A stretch of DNA of 64,000 nucleotides from Octopus vulgaris (taxonomy: Eukaryota): assembly GCA_951406725.2 (NCBI GenBank), contig OX597822.1, positions 28,892,001-28,956,000 on the forward strand. Direction: 5' to 3'. A model generated the notes under the pieces. That model did no database searches and was not told where the DNA came from. It saw only the letters and a program-made list of their open reading frames with translations. The stretch's first letter is position 1. Every line of letters begins with the position of its first letter. The position numbers were made by a program, and so were the translations under genes. Shown here piece after piece: positions 12,187 to 25,968 of the stretch.

Positions 12187-14099
12187 AGGTTTGGAGATGA
12201 TGTACAGATATTATATATTAGAAGAAATGAGGTAATCAGAAGATCAGATGGTTTATATTTACAGATATTTATTTATATATTACTACTAAAAGGCTTCAAA
12301 TTTACACCTACACCCACTCCAAACCTCATAGAACTAAAAACTGATATAGACAACTTCAGCCGCCACCTCCGCCTTATGGAATTCTTTGAAAATAAGGAAA
12401 CAGAAGATAACTCAATCATAAGAAAAAAATCCCATTTCACCCCTTACAAGGGAAGTAACAAACACCTTGACGCATACATAGAGACAATATCCAAATTCCC
12501 TCTCCACACACACAAATGCAAACAGAATCTCCGCAGAGGAGAAAAACAAGCCTTACAAAAACTGAAAAATGACAAGTCAATCATTATAAAAGAAGCTGAC
12601 AAAGGTGGAGCAATAGTAATTATGGATACAGATTACTACAAAGAAAAGATACTCGAGTTACTGAACAACCAGACATACTATAAAGAGGAACCAACACCAC
12701 CGGAGAAAGCAACAATAAGAAAAATTAGAACTTTAGTCAATGAATACCAGGACTCCTTTACAGATAAGGAGAAAGACTATCTATGCAATTCACGAACCAA
12801 AGAAAGCAATTTTTATGGATTACCTAAAATTCATAAAAGCTCTGAAATACAGAGAGCCATAAAGGAACAGAGGAACCACTATATAAGAATACAAAGGCCT
12901 GCAGACCTCACAATGAGACCAATAGTGGCAGGACCCCAGGCACCAACACAACAACTAAGCCACTTCATAGATATACTCCTCAAACCTTTATGCCCACAGA
13001 TACCAAACTACATAAGGGATGACATAGACTTCCTCACACACATTCCAAATACAGTCCCGAAAAACACCATACTTGCAAGCTTTGATGTCACAAATCTATA
13101 CACAAACATACCACACACCCTAGGTCTAGAAGCTATAAAACAATCGATAGAAAATACAGAGAACTTATAGACGAACGCTTCAAGACAAACTTTATCACCC
13201 AAGCCACCCAACTAATACTCGAAAAAAATACATTCTCATTCAACAACAAGACATACCGACAGATAAAAGGCACGGCTATGGGTAAAAAATTCGCACCTTC
13301 ATATGCCAACCTGGTGATGGGTTTCCTGGAGAACAAACTATATGATGAAATAGGGAAAGTCTTCGAACATTACTTCAGATAAGACATCGAAAAAAAGTGG
13401 AAACGCTACCTCGATGACTGCTTCATCTTTTGGAACAGATCAGAAGAATACCGACGAACATTCCACAACATCCTCAATACGTTGCACCCATCTATCAACT
13501 TCACAATAGATACCAGCCACAACGAACTTCCTTTCCTCGACATCAACATCAAAATACACAACTCCATCGTCACAACAGACATTCACTACAAAAAAGTGGT
13601 CAAAGCTAAAATTCTTAGAACCCCCTTGGAGTCAATATTATGGCCTACCTCCCCGCCACCACACACTCAGTGACACTGTGAAGTGGTCAAAGCTGAAATT
13701 CTTAGAAACCCCTTGGAGTCAATATTCTGTCCAGCAGACCAAAAAAATTCTTTCCTTCTTCTTCCCTCTCCCTTCCCCTCTTTCTCTTTAGCACTCACCT
13801 TACAAACACACACACGCACACACACACATACACACACACATGTTCTCTCTCTCACTTTCTCCTCATCCACCTCACCCTCTTGTACTGTCTTATATTCCTC
13901 CCCACCACTACGAAACTCTATAAAATGATTAAAATTTCCCACAAAGGAACTTATTTTGATTTGAAAACCCCACTAGAATAGGAGAAAGCGCTAATGATCT
14001 AAGTGATATGATATATATATAAAAAATGTAATATATAAATAAATATCTGTAAATATAAACCATCCGATATTCTGATTACCTCATTTCTTCTAATATATA
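12182..14099 (+). mobile_element. Penelope-like retroelement relic (frameshifted RT, no endonuclease) with inverted 72-bp ends, in (TA)n
   Basis: RT motifs IIKEADKG, FYGLPKIHK, RPIV, ASFDVTNLYTNIPH, then after a frameshift near 13140 QIKGTAMG..FAPSYAN, WKRYLDDCF, LPFLD. Truncated near 13594. 12212-12283 is the reverse complement of 14028-14099. Confidence 0.9.
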
Positions 14100-14653
14100 T
14101 ATATATATAGTTAATCCAAACAAGAAAGTACAAAATAACACAAGAAGGCGAGGATGTGGAACAAATATAGTATTATTGGACGCTCAGGAAAATATAGTAT
14201 TATTGGAAACTCTTCGTCGGAAACATAGGAGAAGGAAACATCCAGAGAAGGGAAGACAGAGGAATATATGGAGGACCGGCAGTTGCTCTTGGTACAGGCA
14301 AGGCTCCCCATGCCGTGACACAGGCATCACCAAACGGAAAGGCAAGACTGATACAGTGTGACACCAGTAATTTCTTCAGGAAACTGCGTAGCAAAAGATA
14401 TAGCAAAGTGTTCCGTGCGGCGACCAGGGTAGTTGTACTTTGGAAGTAAGAGTGAGGGGGAGTTTGGCTCCAAATGATGAAAGTTGAGATTGACCTCGAC
14501 AGGGTTTGTTCTCACAACACAAAGGGAGGGAACAAATACAGTAAGGCACTGTATCCAATGTCAATATTCTACTACTTCACCTTATTTATGTTTTTGTTAG
14601 TGTGTGTTGTGTATGTGCGCATGTTTGTGTGCGTGTGTGTATGCATGTGTGTT

Positions 14654-14705
<52 letters not shown>

Positions 14706-14717
14706 TACAGGTATAGG

Positions 14718-14767
<50 letters not shown>

Positions 14768-14838
14768 ATCAAATTTAAAATGCGAACGAAGTTTTTGCCG
14801 CATGTGAACTTACTCCATTACTTCAGTTTTCTAGAAGA

Positions 14839-14911
<73 letters not shown>

Positions 14912-16224
14912 CTCCAAACATGAACAAAGAGAAAACACAGCAACGCGAGGACGTGGAACAAGTATAGTGTTATTGGACGCTCAGGAAAGGAAAGAAAGAA
15001 GGAGGATTTAAGGTTTCGAGCGGAACTCTTCGTCAGAAACATAGAAAAAGGAAAGGTCCAAGGAAGGGAAGACGGAGAAAGAAAATCGCCAACGATACAC
15101 ACGCGATCACATATTTTACTGACCGACATATACACACACCCACATATATAAAGAGAGGGAGAGAGAGGGAGAGAGAGGGAAATAGAGAGGGAGAGAGAGG
15201 GAAATAGAGAGGGAGAGAGAGGGAGAGAGAGAGAAGGGGTTCGTATATATATACACACAAACACACATACATACACATACGCACACAAACATGCGCACAT
15301 GCATAACATACAGTATGTATATAGATATATAGATATATTACATACATATAGATATACACATAATTTTATAACATATTTTCAAATATGCTATATACATATC
15401 TATATATACATATAAGATATCTGTATGTGTTGTGTGTGTGTGTGTGTGTACAAAGCTGTTTTTGGAATAAAGATTTATGTTTAGAGATTTATGTTTGATT
15501 GTTTTAAAGAATTATTATAAATGCTATATCCTCAATGGAAATAAAAGGAAAATTAATGTAAATCTTTGAACTTACCTATCACCTCAGTTCTCTCTTACAT
15601 TCGACAAACCGTCCTGGAATGTTGCCAATATGATACCAATATAATAGATCTTTATCAGCTGGGTTTTTTTGTAACCGTATCGTTCTATGAATTTTATATA
15701 TTACGTTAAAAATGCATTAGTTTTAGCATACGCTGTGAACACTCGAGAGAAAAAAAATGAAAGCATTTTGCTAATACATCTTGTATTGTTAGCTGTTAGA
15801 TTAGATGATAAATTAATTAGATTGAGTGATAGATAAGGGTGGGTGGGAGAGAGTGAGCGAGAGACAGAGAGAGGGATGGATGGATGGATGGATTTGTAAA
15901 TGAATGCTTTGAGATAAGAATTTTTTTTTAGGTGTGGCCGGACTGACGGATAGATGGATGAATGGTTGAATGTGATGATACTAAAACGAACGCAGCCTAT
16001 TGTAAATTAGGCATAAAACGTTTATTCATTAAGATAATGTTTTCTGTTAATCTGTTTTATTTTGCTGTCAATATATGATTTCTTGTGGCCAAATCGAAAT
16101 ATAGAGCTTCCAGTTCTGCCAACGATTATTCATAAACAAACACTTTTATGCAATTTTAACGTTAAAAAAATTTTAAGCAGTTTCAGCTATAGTTAGTTCC
16201 TTTTTTGTTTTTGATTCTGATGCA

Positions 16225-16294
<70 letters not shown>

Positions 16295-17849
16295 CATACA
16301 CACACACACACATATACTTTTACTCGTTTCAGTCATTGGACTGCAGCCATTGTGAGACATGACCGTTAAGGGTTTAGTCGATCAAATTGACCGCAGTACT
16401 TATTGTTTCAAGTCTAGAACTTATTGTATTCCTCTCTTTTTCCGATCTAGAAAGTTACGGGGACATAAAGAAATAAACTCTGGTTGTCAAGCGGTAGAAA
16501 GGCAAACACAAAAATATGCATGCATACGTACACACACACACACACACACACACATACACCCCACAACACTCAGACATATACACACACCCACATATATAAA
16601 GAGAGGGAGAGAGAGGGAGAGAGAGAAGGGGTTTACTTCGATGCAAGTTAGAATATAAGAGAATTGATTTGATAACTGAAAATGCACCTGATTTTAAAAC
16701 GAATAGTTGTTTTTAAGATTTTTTACAAAGTTATTAAAATGCCACACCGGTTTCAACTTTTTTCTTACTTTCAGTGGTAAATAAAAACTAGGTAGATGTT
16801 TTAAAGAAAGTGAATATACTGGTATAACATGCTCAAAATATCACATGTTTGTGCAAATTCAATCATTCAAAAAATAATACAGTAATAGGAAATTACAAAA
16901 GTCCGAATGTTCGAAAGATTTCATAACAATAACATTAATACATGATTACCAATAGGTTTCAAAGCAATAAGTTATATTAGCAATTAGATATTACGACGTC
17001 TTCAAACAAAACAAGAATTCTAGGGATTGGGGGGGGGGGTTGTTTTTTTGTTTTGTTTTTTAAAATTTCGGTCGTGATAAATGAAGATGAATTCTTTGTC
17101 GTTTGCTTCACTGGAGGAAACTTGAGCTTTTTCAAGCCGATGTTGCTTTGTGTATACAGGTTTTAAAATATAGCTTTTAAAATACAAACTTAATCACCTC
17201 ATTTGTTTCAATCAACCTGTAGCCTAGAATTCTGGTTGTCTGACTGTCATTTGTTTATCAGTTGTTCTGGTCACATACTTTGGTCCGGTACTAGTCTCGC
17301 GTTCTGGTTGATTGACTGCCTGGTGACGTCATTTGTTTGTCAACTTTTTTGATCGCTTGTTTTTGTCTAATAGTAGTCCATTATTCTATGTACGCCATTT
17401 GTCTTTGTTGTTTATTTTTGTTTTTCAAATGTCTTAGTTACTTGCTTTTGTGTAACAGTCGTCCAGCGTTCCGATTGGCTGATTCTTTTAAAACGTTACT
17501 TGTTTTTCTGGTGCTGAATGTTTAAAAGCATTGTTTCTCAATTTATTTTGTTCCTGGGGATTCTACTTTAACCAAAAACAAAATCCAATTTATTAAACCA
17601 AAGGTGACATCAGCAAATAGTGTTGAAAAGAGCTATAGGTCGTTATACAGTGGTCTGAAATTAAGGTTTCTAATCCCGGAGGAACCCCGTTACCTCAGCT
17701 TTCTATTTTTCTTGTTTTTTTCTAGCCGTTTTTAGTTGGGTTGAATAAACTGTTATTTTTTTCATTTTATTGTATTGTTGCAGAGTATTTAATTTTCGTT
17801 TATATTTCTTAATAAACATATTTCCCCTATTTAATCGGAATTAGACTGC

Positions 17850-18160
17850 AGTGTTCCGGATGCATTGATATAAAGGGAAAATTTAGGTATCTGGCGTGTT
17901 TGATATTGGGGCAAAGATCTAGACGTTTACACGCGGGGATATTTCTAATCCTGAGTCTCGAATCCTGTCCCTCAATGTTAGACCCACTTGTCGTTTGAAG
18001 TCGTCACCACACCTACTGCATCTGATAACATAAATTAAATTTGTGAATGCACAAGTAAAATGGCTTTTTATGGTGATGGTTTTCTTAATCTCAGTTCATA
18101 TATCAAGCTTTATGAAGTTGATGCAGACTCTGCAATAAGGGCAGTTACACAATTGAACTA
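17850..18160 (-). mobile_element. Degraded Penelope-like GIY-YIG endonuclease region
   Basis: Minus-strand translation CNCPYCRVCINFI (Zn linker) and FTCAFTNLIYVIRCSRCGDDFKRQVGLTLRDRIR, resembling the PLE endonuclease signature. Confidence 0.55.
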
Positions 18161-18218
18161 ATAGGATTGTATTTTTGGTGTATAAGTTGTCACTAGTAAG
18201 TAGTGTGTGTATGTGTGT

Positions 18219-18270
<52 letters not shown>

Positions 18271-19308
18271 CAGAATTGCACAGTTTCCTTCTACCAATTC
18301 GCTTACAAATCAGTGGTCAACCCGAATCTACAGTAGAAGACACTTACCCAAGGTGTCGCGCAGTGAGATTGAACCTGAAGTCAGCTGCTTGCAGAACATG
18401 TTTCTTAGTCACGCGACTATGCCTTTACATTATTATCATAAATATTTCTTCGTCAACGAAGTAGGCAAACAAATTGCTCCAGGCTTATAAAAGGTTGCAT
18501 TTTTAATTGTTGGTTTGATTGTCGAAAACAAAGGCAACTACACGCGCGCGGATGCACTCATTATACACATGCACTCACAAAAGCGCACAACCTCATATTA
18601 CACACTCATTAGACACTCACACACACACACACATAGGTATATAAATCACACACATGCATATATACATATAAACACAGGACACATAGAAATACAAGCACAC
18701 ACACACACACACACACACAAACGCATACGCACACGCACACACACACATTAAACACATAGATACACATACACAAACTAAAATGCGCCTTTTACTAAACAAA
18801 CATACGGAATGCATTGTACATGCTATTTATCGAGTAATATAATTCCCGTTGGTGATGGTGACTTTTCATAGTCTAGCAAACGTTTATTAACTTTCAATAT
18901 AATGTTAGTCATGGTTAATTCAATAAATGTTAAATGTACTTGGGAGATTTAACAAAGTAGGCAAACACATCATAATGGAGGAAGATAATCTCGTTCTGAG
19001 GAAACTGTTTGCTATACAAAATGGGCGCGACGCGAACGCCGTTAAAATATCCTAACATAATTAATGGGAAAGCCATGATAATTATTAATATTTATGGTAG
19101 ATATTATGGACGGTGTAGGTATGACTGCATGTTTAAAAAAGCTTTCGCCACAGCTTCACAGTTGCTTGAAGAATATTGAGTTTGATCTTAAATGCAGCCC
19201 TAGGACAAGTTTTTGTTTTTCTTTTGTAACGACGGGCTAGTTTAAGAATGGGATTTCGTAGAAAGAGACTATATGAAAGCTCGTCATGTATAAGTGTGCG
19301 CACGCATG

Positions 19309-19409
<101 letters not shown>

Positions 19410-20077
19410 GAAAATTAACTATAGATAGATGAAGAGAGTTCATGCAAATCAAAAATTATAGTTTTAAAAATAGTATATGAAGTTGGAAAAGACACAGAAG
19501 TATATTTTAGAGAATGTTTAATATTACCGGTTTCGATGTATCCGTCTTGTCAAATATTAGACATATTAGAAAGTATCTTTTGGAGAATCAGAGAGAAGAA
19601 AACATTTTGGGGTGGTGCGGTGGTTAACAATTAGTACCCATTATTGCATTCCTAATCTCAAACATCATATATAGTTAAATATCCAAACTGTTAAACCCAC
19701 CAAAGATCGTGTGTTCTCTCTGACTTTTGTTCTTTTCTGCTCTATTCTGTAATTTTAGTACATGTGTGTGTAACACAAAGTTATTACATGTGTATGTATT
19801 CTTCTAATATTTTCTAATACTTTGGAATAAATTAAACATACTAGAATTTCTACCAGCTGATGTATGTCATTTTTTGTATCCTTTCCATTTTCTTTTTTGC
19901 CGTATAAATTAAAGGTAAACCACTTTTTACCCCGCTCATATATATAACTCTCAATTGCGAGATTGCCAAGCAATAACCAACACTTGAGTATGAATTATTG
20001 GGCACACTACTAGCAGTATATTGAATAAGTACTATCCCTTAGTCGGTTGGTTTCCCAGACTCTAATTCACACGGAAA

Positions 20078-20133
<56 letters not shown>

Positions 20134-21319
20134 CGGTATTACTGTAGGGTTTCAATTGCAATGGTTACTAATCGGTGCAGTTGAAACAGGTGTAGGTCTA
20201 TGTAAAGCTGTATATATAAAAAGGATTAAAGGTAATGCTATGCCACTACGTTATAATCCCTATTACTATTATTGCTGATATATATGATGGTCTCTCCCGT
20301 CGTTAGACGACGTATGAGGGTTCGACAATTTCTTACCGAACAACCACAGAGACGATTTGTTTATAGTGATCAGATGTTTGTGTAGACATAAGCTCACTCC
20401 CACCATCAGATCGACATTACCTGTACAGGTGCAACTGGGTGCCACATGTCAGAAGTCGAAATGATCGCAGAGCAACGCGAAATGAAGTGCTTTGCTCAAG
20501 AACACAATACAACGCCAGGTCTGGGAATCGAACCCACGATCTCGCAATCGTGAGTGCAACACCTTAACCACTAATCCATGCGCCTTCATTGATATATAAT
20601 ATATATATAATATAAATAATATATAATTATATGCATATATACATACATATGTACATACCTACATATAAATGTATATATACATGCATATAGGATATCAAAA
20701 AAACGAAAACATAGAAAACGAACTTTTTTTTTCAAACAACGAACGTTTCGAACGCTTTGAAATTTTTTTTTTTTCGAACAACGAAAAAAACCAACAGAGA
20801 AATGAGACATGCACCATAAAGAACATTCCCTTCATTTGTTGTCCCTGTTTCATCTACTCCGCGTTCGAAGGTAAGGACAATATGCGACTTCATTGAAACA
20901 GTCCTTCCGGCAAAGAAAATTAAATAAAATTTGGGATTTTTTGCTGAGGGTGAAAGTGGTAACAAAAATAGGACATTGAGAACAAGGCAATAAAAACAAA
21001 CAGTGAGGGCTGTGAAGCCAAGACGATGTGGAAAATTATGTGCGATAGAAAGACGAGCTATGAGAAGAGACAGGTAAAAGCACGTCTTGTCTTTACGAAG
21101 GAAGTGGAAGAAAGAAAATAGATCGCCTTTCGTCACGTGTCAGCGACGAGAGAGTCAAGGAGGAAGAGTGAGAGAGAGAGGGGAACGGTGAAGAGGAGAG
21201 GATATATATATGTATATATAAATACATACAATTATGCATACACGTACTCTCAACTATCTCCATATATATGTATGTATACATATATATGTATACATACACA
21301 TGTGTGTGTGCGTGTGTGT

Positions 21320-21363
<44 letters not shown>

Positions 21364-22052
21364 TGTGTTTGTGTGTGTGTGAATTGTCAGGTCACTTTCA
21401 CTGCTACTGCTAACATGTAACCCAGGACAACCTGCCACAAAGTCGTACCGTCTGCTACTAAACTGGAAACCCTACCAAGCCGGCTCGGTAAGTAGGATAC
21501 TTTTCGCTGGACACCCTGCAGGACATAAAACAACAAAGCCTGTCAAAGGCCGGATGAACTCAGAAGAGGCGACGGCCTTCCAACAGCTGGAAGTAAGAAA
21601 CCGCTTGTCTTTATTTAGATCTTTTGCTGGAAGAAAAACTCTGATGTACTACCAGCGACTTCGTCTTAATTCAGTGATGTTGACTAGGTATTCTTTTCGG
21701 GTAAATGCGTGCGTTGTTTAAAGTGTAACTTTGGCCCTGTGCAAGGGCTTTCCTCGCTTAAGAACACTTCATGCACTTGATTTTTGACATCTCTGTTATA
21801 CGCTGCATACAATAGCTGGGCGTGGACGAGATACGTAAAACAACCGATGAAAAATTTTCATGATGGCAATTATCTATCAGCGTAGATGGTAACTCTCTGA
21901 ATACCTCCTGTAAGAGGGGCCGGACCCATCGTTGCCTCATCTGTGCAAAATAGAGTAGGCCCCGATAAGGACTGAAAAAAACCACATTCGCGCTCCTTTA
22001 AGAAAACAGTCAAACCATTTCATTGCTCAAAAAATCAAATTGCTGGCATCAT

Positions 22053-22144
<92 letters not shown>

Positions 22145-22454
22145 GTGAATAAACAGATTTGTTAGGGATTTGTAGAGAATGTCTTGCTATATACCTTTCT
22201 CTCACTCTCTCTCTTTCTCTCTCTCACTATCTCTCCCACTCTCTCTCTCACTATCTCTCCCACTCTCTCTCTCTCTTCCTGTCGCTCTCCCCCTTCTTCT
22301 GGAAGAAATATGCTGTGGACAAACTTGGGGGAGATAATTTCTGTTAGGTTTAAAATGCCCAAGACACACTTGTGGGAAGGGTGTCAGACGGTGACCCTAC
22401 ATATCCATCAGGAATTGATGACTCAAGGCAAAGCAGAGAGAGAGAGAGAGCGGG

Positions 22455-22578
<124 letters not shown>

Positions 22579-22596
22579 TGAGACAGAAAGGAAGAG

Positions 22597-22671
<75 letters not shown>

Positions 22672-22984
22672 GAGAAAGAAAGAGAAGGAGACAATATTAG
22701 TTACAAAGTTTGGCACAAGGCCGACAATTTAGGAAGAGGGGTAAGTCGATTACATCGACCCCAGTGCTCAAAAGGTACTTATTTTATCGACCCTGAGTGG
22801 ACCTCGAAGGAATCTGAAATCAGAACGGACGAAATGCCGCCAAGCATTCGACTAGCTAGCCGCCTCGTAGAAAGATCTAATATTAAAAGTTATTCAGTTC
22901 ACTTTCTTAATTCATGGCAGCACGTCGAAGCTTGTTTAAATTTATGGGTAACTAACAGTTGTCTCCCTTGTCTAATTTAGCAAC

Positions 22985-22999
22985 GTTGTCTATGACAAC
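22985..22999. promoter_or_regulatory. RFX X-box-like palindrome; candidate ANKAR promoter with a non-coding first exon ending at ~23056
   Basis: Perfect dyad GTTGTC-TAT-GACAAC, adjacent half-sites TAGCAAC and GTTGCCAT, splice-donor-like CCG|GTAAGA at 23056/23057, in a non-repetitive patch 5.6 kb upstream of the ANKAR ATG. Confidence 0.5.
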
Positions 23000-23798
23000 G
23001 GCAGTTGCCATTTATAAACAATTTCTATTGTTTTATTCACGTGAATTAATCAACCGGTAAGAAATGACTTCTAGCATAGATAAGTGATTTTTGTTTTGTT
23101 TCTTTTTTATTTTGTTTGCTTGCGTTATTGTTTTTTTTTTATAATTTGATATGCTAAGACTGCGTAAGATTTTTTTCTTTTGCGCTTTTGTAAATAACTA
23201 GTGTGAAAATTTATTTTTTTTACAATACTGTTTAAGATTTTATAATGAAACGTTAGTTTACCTTTTTTATATTATTTCGCTCTAAAGAATGAGGTAAACT
23301 GGCAGAATCGTTAACATGTTGAGTGGCACTGTATCTGGCTCTTTACGATCTGAGTTCAAATCCCACCGAAGTCGATTTTTTTCTTTTCATCCTTTTGGGG
23401 GTGGGGGTCAACAAAATAAAGTACCAGTGAAGTACAGGGATCGACATAATTTACTTCCCCGTCCCCTCAAAATTGCAGGTTTTGTTCCAAAATTAGAAAT
23501 AATTATTCGCTTATACAAAATCTTCAAGTCACTTCATACTAATTAGCATTACTTCCTTTTAAATGAACAAGCTATTGAGAATTGCTTTTTTAAATTGTCT
23601 TTTTATTTTAATATATACAAAATATTTAAGCCTGGAAAGGGTGGGGAGTGGCGAGGGTGGAGGCATGAGGGCTGGCAATGCTTAAAGGAAACTGTCCCCT
23701 CGAGTCACCCCAGCCTAACCCATCAAGTCTATATCTCAAACTAACTTATAAATAATTTTTTTTTTAATTAAGTCTAGCAGCACAGAGAAGTGTCGCTT

Positions 23799-23831
<33 letters not shown>

Positions 23832-23885
23832 GGGGGAGAGGAGGAGGATTTGTAGTGTGAGCACTATCAGCTTTGTGCATCCATA

Positions 23886-23959
<74 letters not shown>

Positions 23960-24121
23960 CAGTATTCATATACATGAGATATTTATGCAATATCATTTCG
24001 GACGTAGAAAACAATATTGAGTCAGTGGAAAAAACCGTGGTGGTGGTGGTGGTGGTGGTGGTGATGATGACGACGATGATCCCGATGATCACGATGACGA
24101 TGAGGATGATGAGGATGATGG

Positions 24122-24164
<43 letters not shown>

Positions 24165-24414
24165 CGTTTGATGCTCAACCAGGCGTCGACTCCTAATTGC
24201 ACAGACCTATGATGGAACTTCACCCATCCGTAACCGTATCATTCAGGACTACTTTATCTAATGTATTCTCTTCTAAGGCGAGAGTGTGGTTTGAGGAAGA
24301 TTATTTTTGATAATTCTACCAAGTCGAGCGACCGTGATAAAAGTGCTCTCCAATAGAGAGCACTAGAGACTGTTGCCGTACCCGTTGTTGTTGTTGTTGT
24401 TGCTGTTGCTGTTG

Positions 24415-24778
24415 AGCGAACAGTCTTCGTCTCAGAGCTCGCAAGATGGGAAAAGTCCGAAACGTGGTCCTTTGCTATTCGTAAGACCCGCAGAAGAGAA
24501 GCAGGTCAACCCCCGACACCGAGAGCATCGACGGATGGATGAATGCGCATCCAGGCTCAGCGGTTGCGTAGGAAGTCGGGGACAAGAAACAGGAAGAAAG
24601 AGTGAGTGAAAGTTGGGGCGAAAGAGTACAACAGGGGGTCGCCACCATCCCCTGCCGGAGCCTCGTGGAGCTTTAGGTGTTTTCGCTCAATAAACACACA
24701 CAACGCCCGGTCTGGGAATCGAAACCGCGATCCTCCGACCGCGTGTCCGCTACCCTAACCACTGGGCCATTGCGCCTC
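24415..24778 (-). mobile_element. tRNA-derived SINE
   Basis: Same A/B-box head as the 34071 copy, embedded in (GTT)n. Confidence 0.75.
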
Positions 24779-24797
24779 CTTCTTCTTCTTCTTCTTC

Positions 24798-24880
<83 letters not shown>

Positions 24881-24882
24881 GC

Positions 24883-24932
<50 letters not shown>

Positions 24933-25065
24933 TTCTTGTTGTTAAATTTTATTTTTACTATTTCTGTTTTTGTTTTGTTTTGAGTTTCTTTTTTCACGAA
25001 AACGATTCTGGGATTTCCTAACTGTTATTAAAAGTGTATATTGGGGCCCTAACTGAGCCCTATGT

Positions 25066-25380
25066 GGAAGCACATGGCCTGGTGGTTAGAGCAGCGGACT
25101 CTCGGTCGAGGGATAGCAGGTTCGAATCTCAGACCGGGCGATGTGTGTGTGTGTTTATGAGCGAAACACCTAAGCTCCGCGCGGCTCCGGCAGAAGGTAA
25201 TGGCGAACTTCTGCTGACTCTTTCGCCACAACTTTCTCTCCCTCTTTCCTCCTGCATCTTGCAGCTCACCTGCGACGGACCGGCGTCCCGTCCAGGTGGG
25301 GAAACTATATGCCAAGGAAACCGGGAAACCGGCCCTTATGAGCCAGGCATGGCTCGAGAAAGAACAAACACAAACAACTG
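25066..25380 (+). mobile_element. tRNA-derived SINE
   Basis: Head TGGCCTGGTGGTTAGAGCAGCGGACTC..GGTTCGAATCTC; (ACAA)n-like tail. Confidence 0.75.
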
Positions 25381-25968
25381 AACCCTATAATGTGATTTTG
25401 TGGCTCCTCGTACATTTCACATCCATAAATCAATGTTATTTCGCGAACAGTAGTTGACCAAATCAACCAATGCAAATCAAGCCGTTGAAATTTCTCATCT
25501 CAAAACGTTTTGCTCTTAAAAGACGGAGGCAAATAAGGATTTTGAAAAGGGTGAGACAATTTTAGATACAAATTCATGAAATATCCATTTATATATCATG
25601 CTTAACATACAAACACCGAAGTAGTTCGGGTTTCATTCACTGTGTTTTTTTAACGTAGTACGTCTATAAGAGATTTTATCTTGAACGAAAACCGCAGTGT
25701 CTTGCCTATCACCGGTGTGTATACGTTAAGTATGATACATAGATGGCTATTTTAATTTTGTACTGCTTCAGTTGCGTGTTCAGATTTTTATACAGCCCGG
25801 AAGATATTAGCAATATCAGCAAATGTAATGTTCACTGTTTTCTTTATCGGAGGTGACAAATCTGGTCTAATCATGCGGCTAGCTGCGAAGACCCGACATT
25901 GAAAAGGCCCAGCATGAATCTGGTGTTTTCACTAACCGCTGCTGGGATGACTTTTCGTCTCTCCGATA

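Noticed and set aside
12142-13170. Functional RT or telomerase-like host gene
   Set aside because: The start lies in (TA)n, the frame shifts before the YLDD motif and the element is truncated; it is a Penelope relic.
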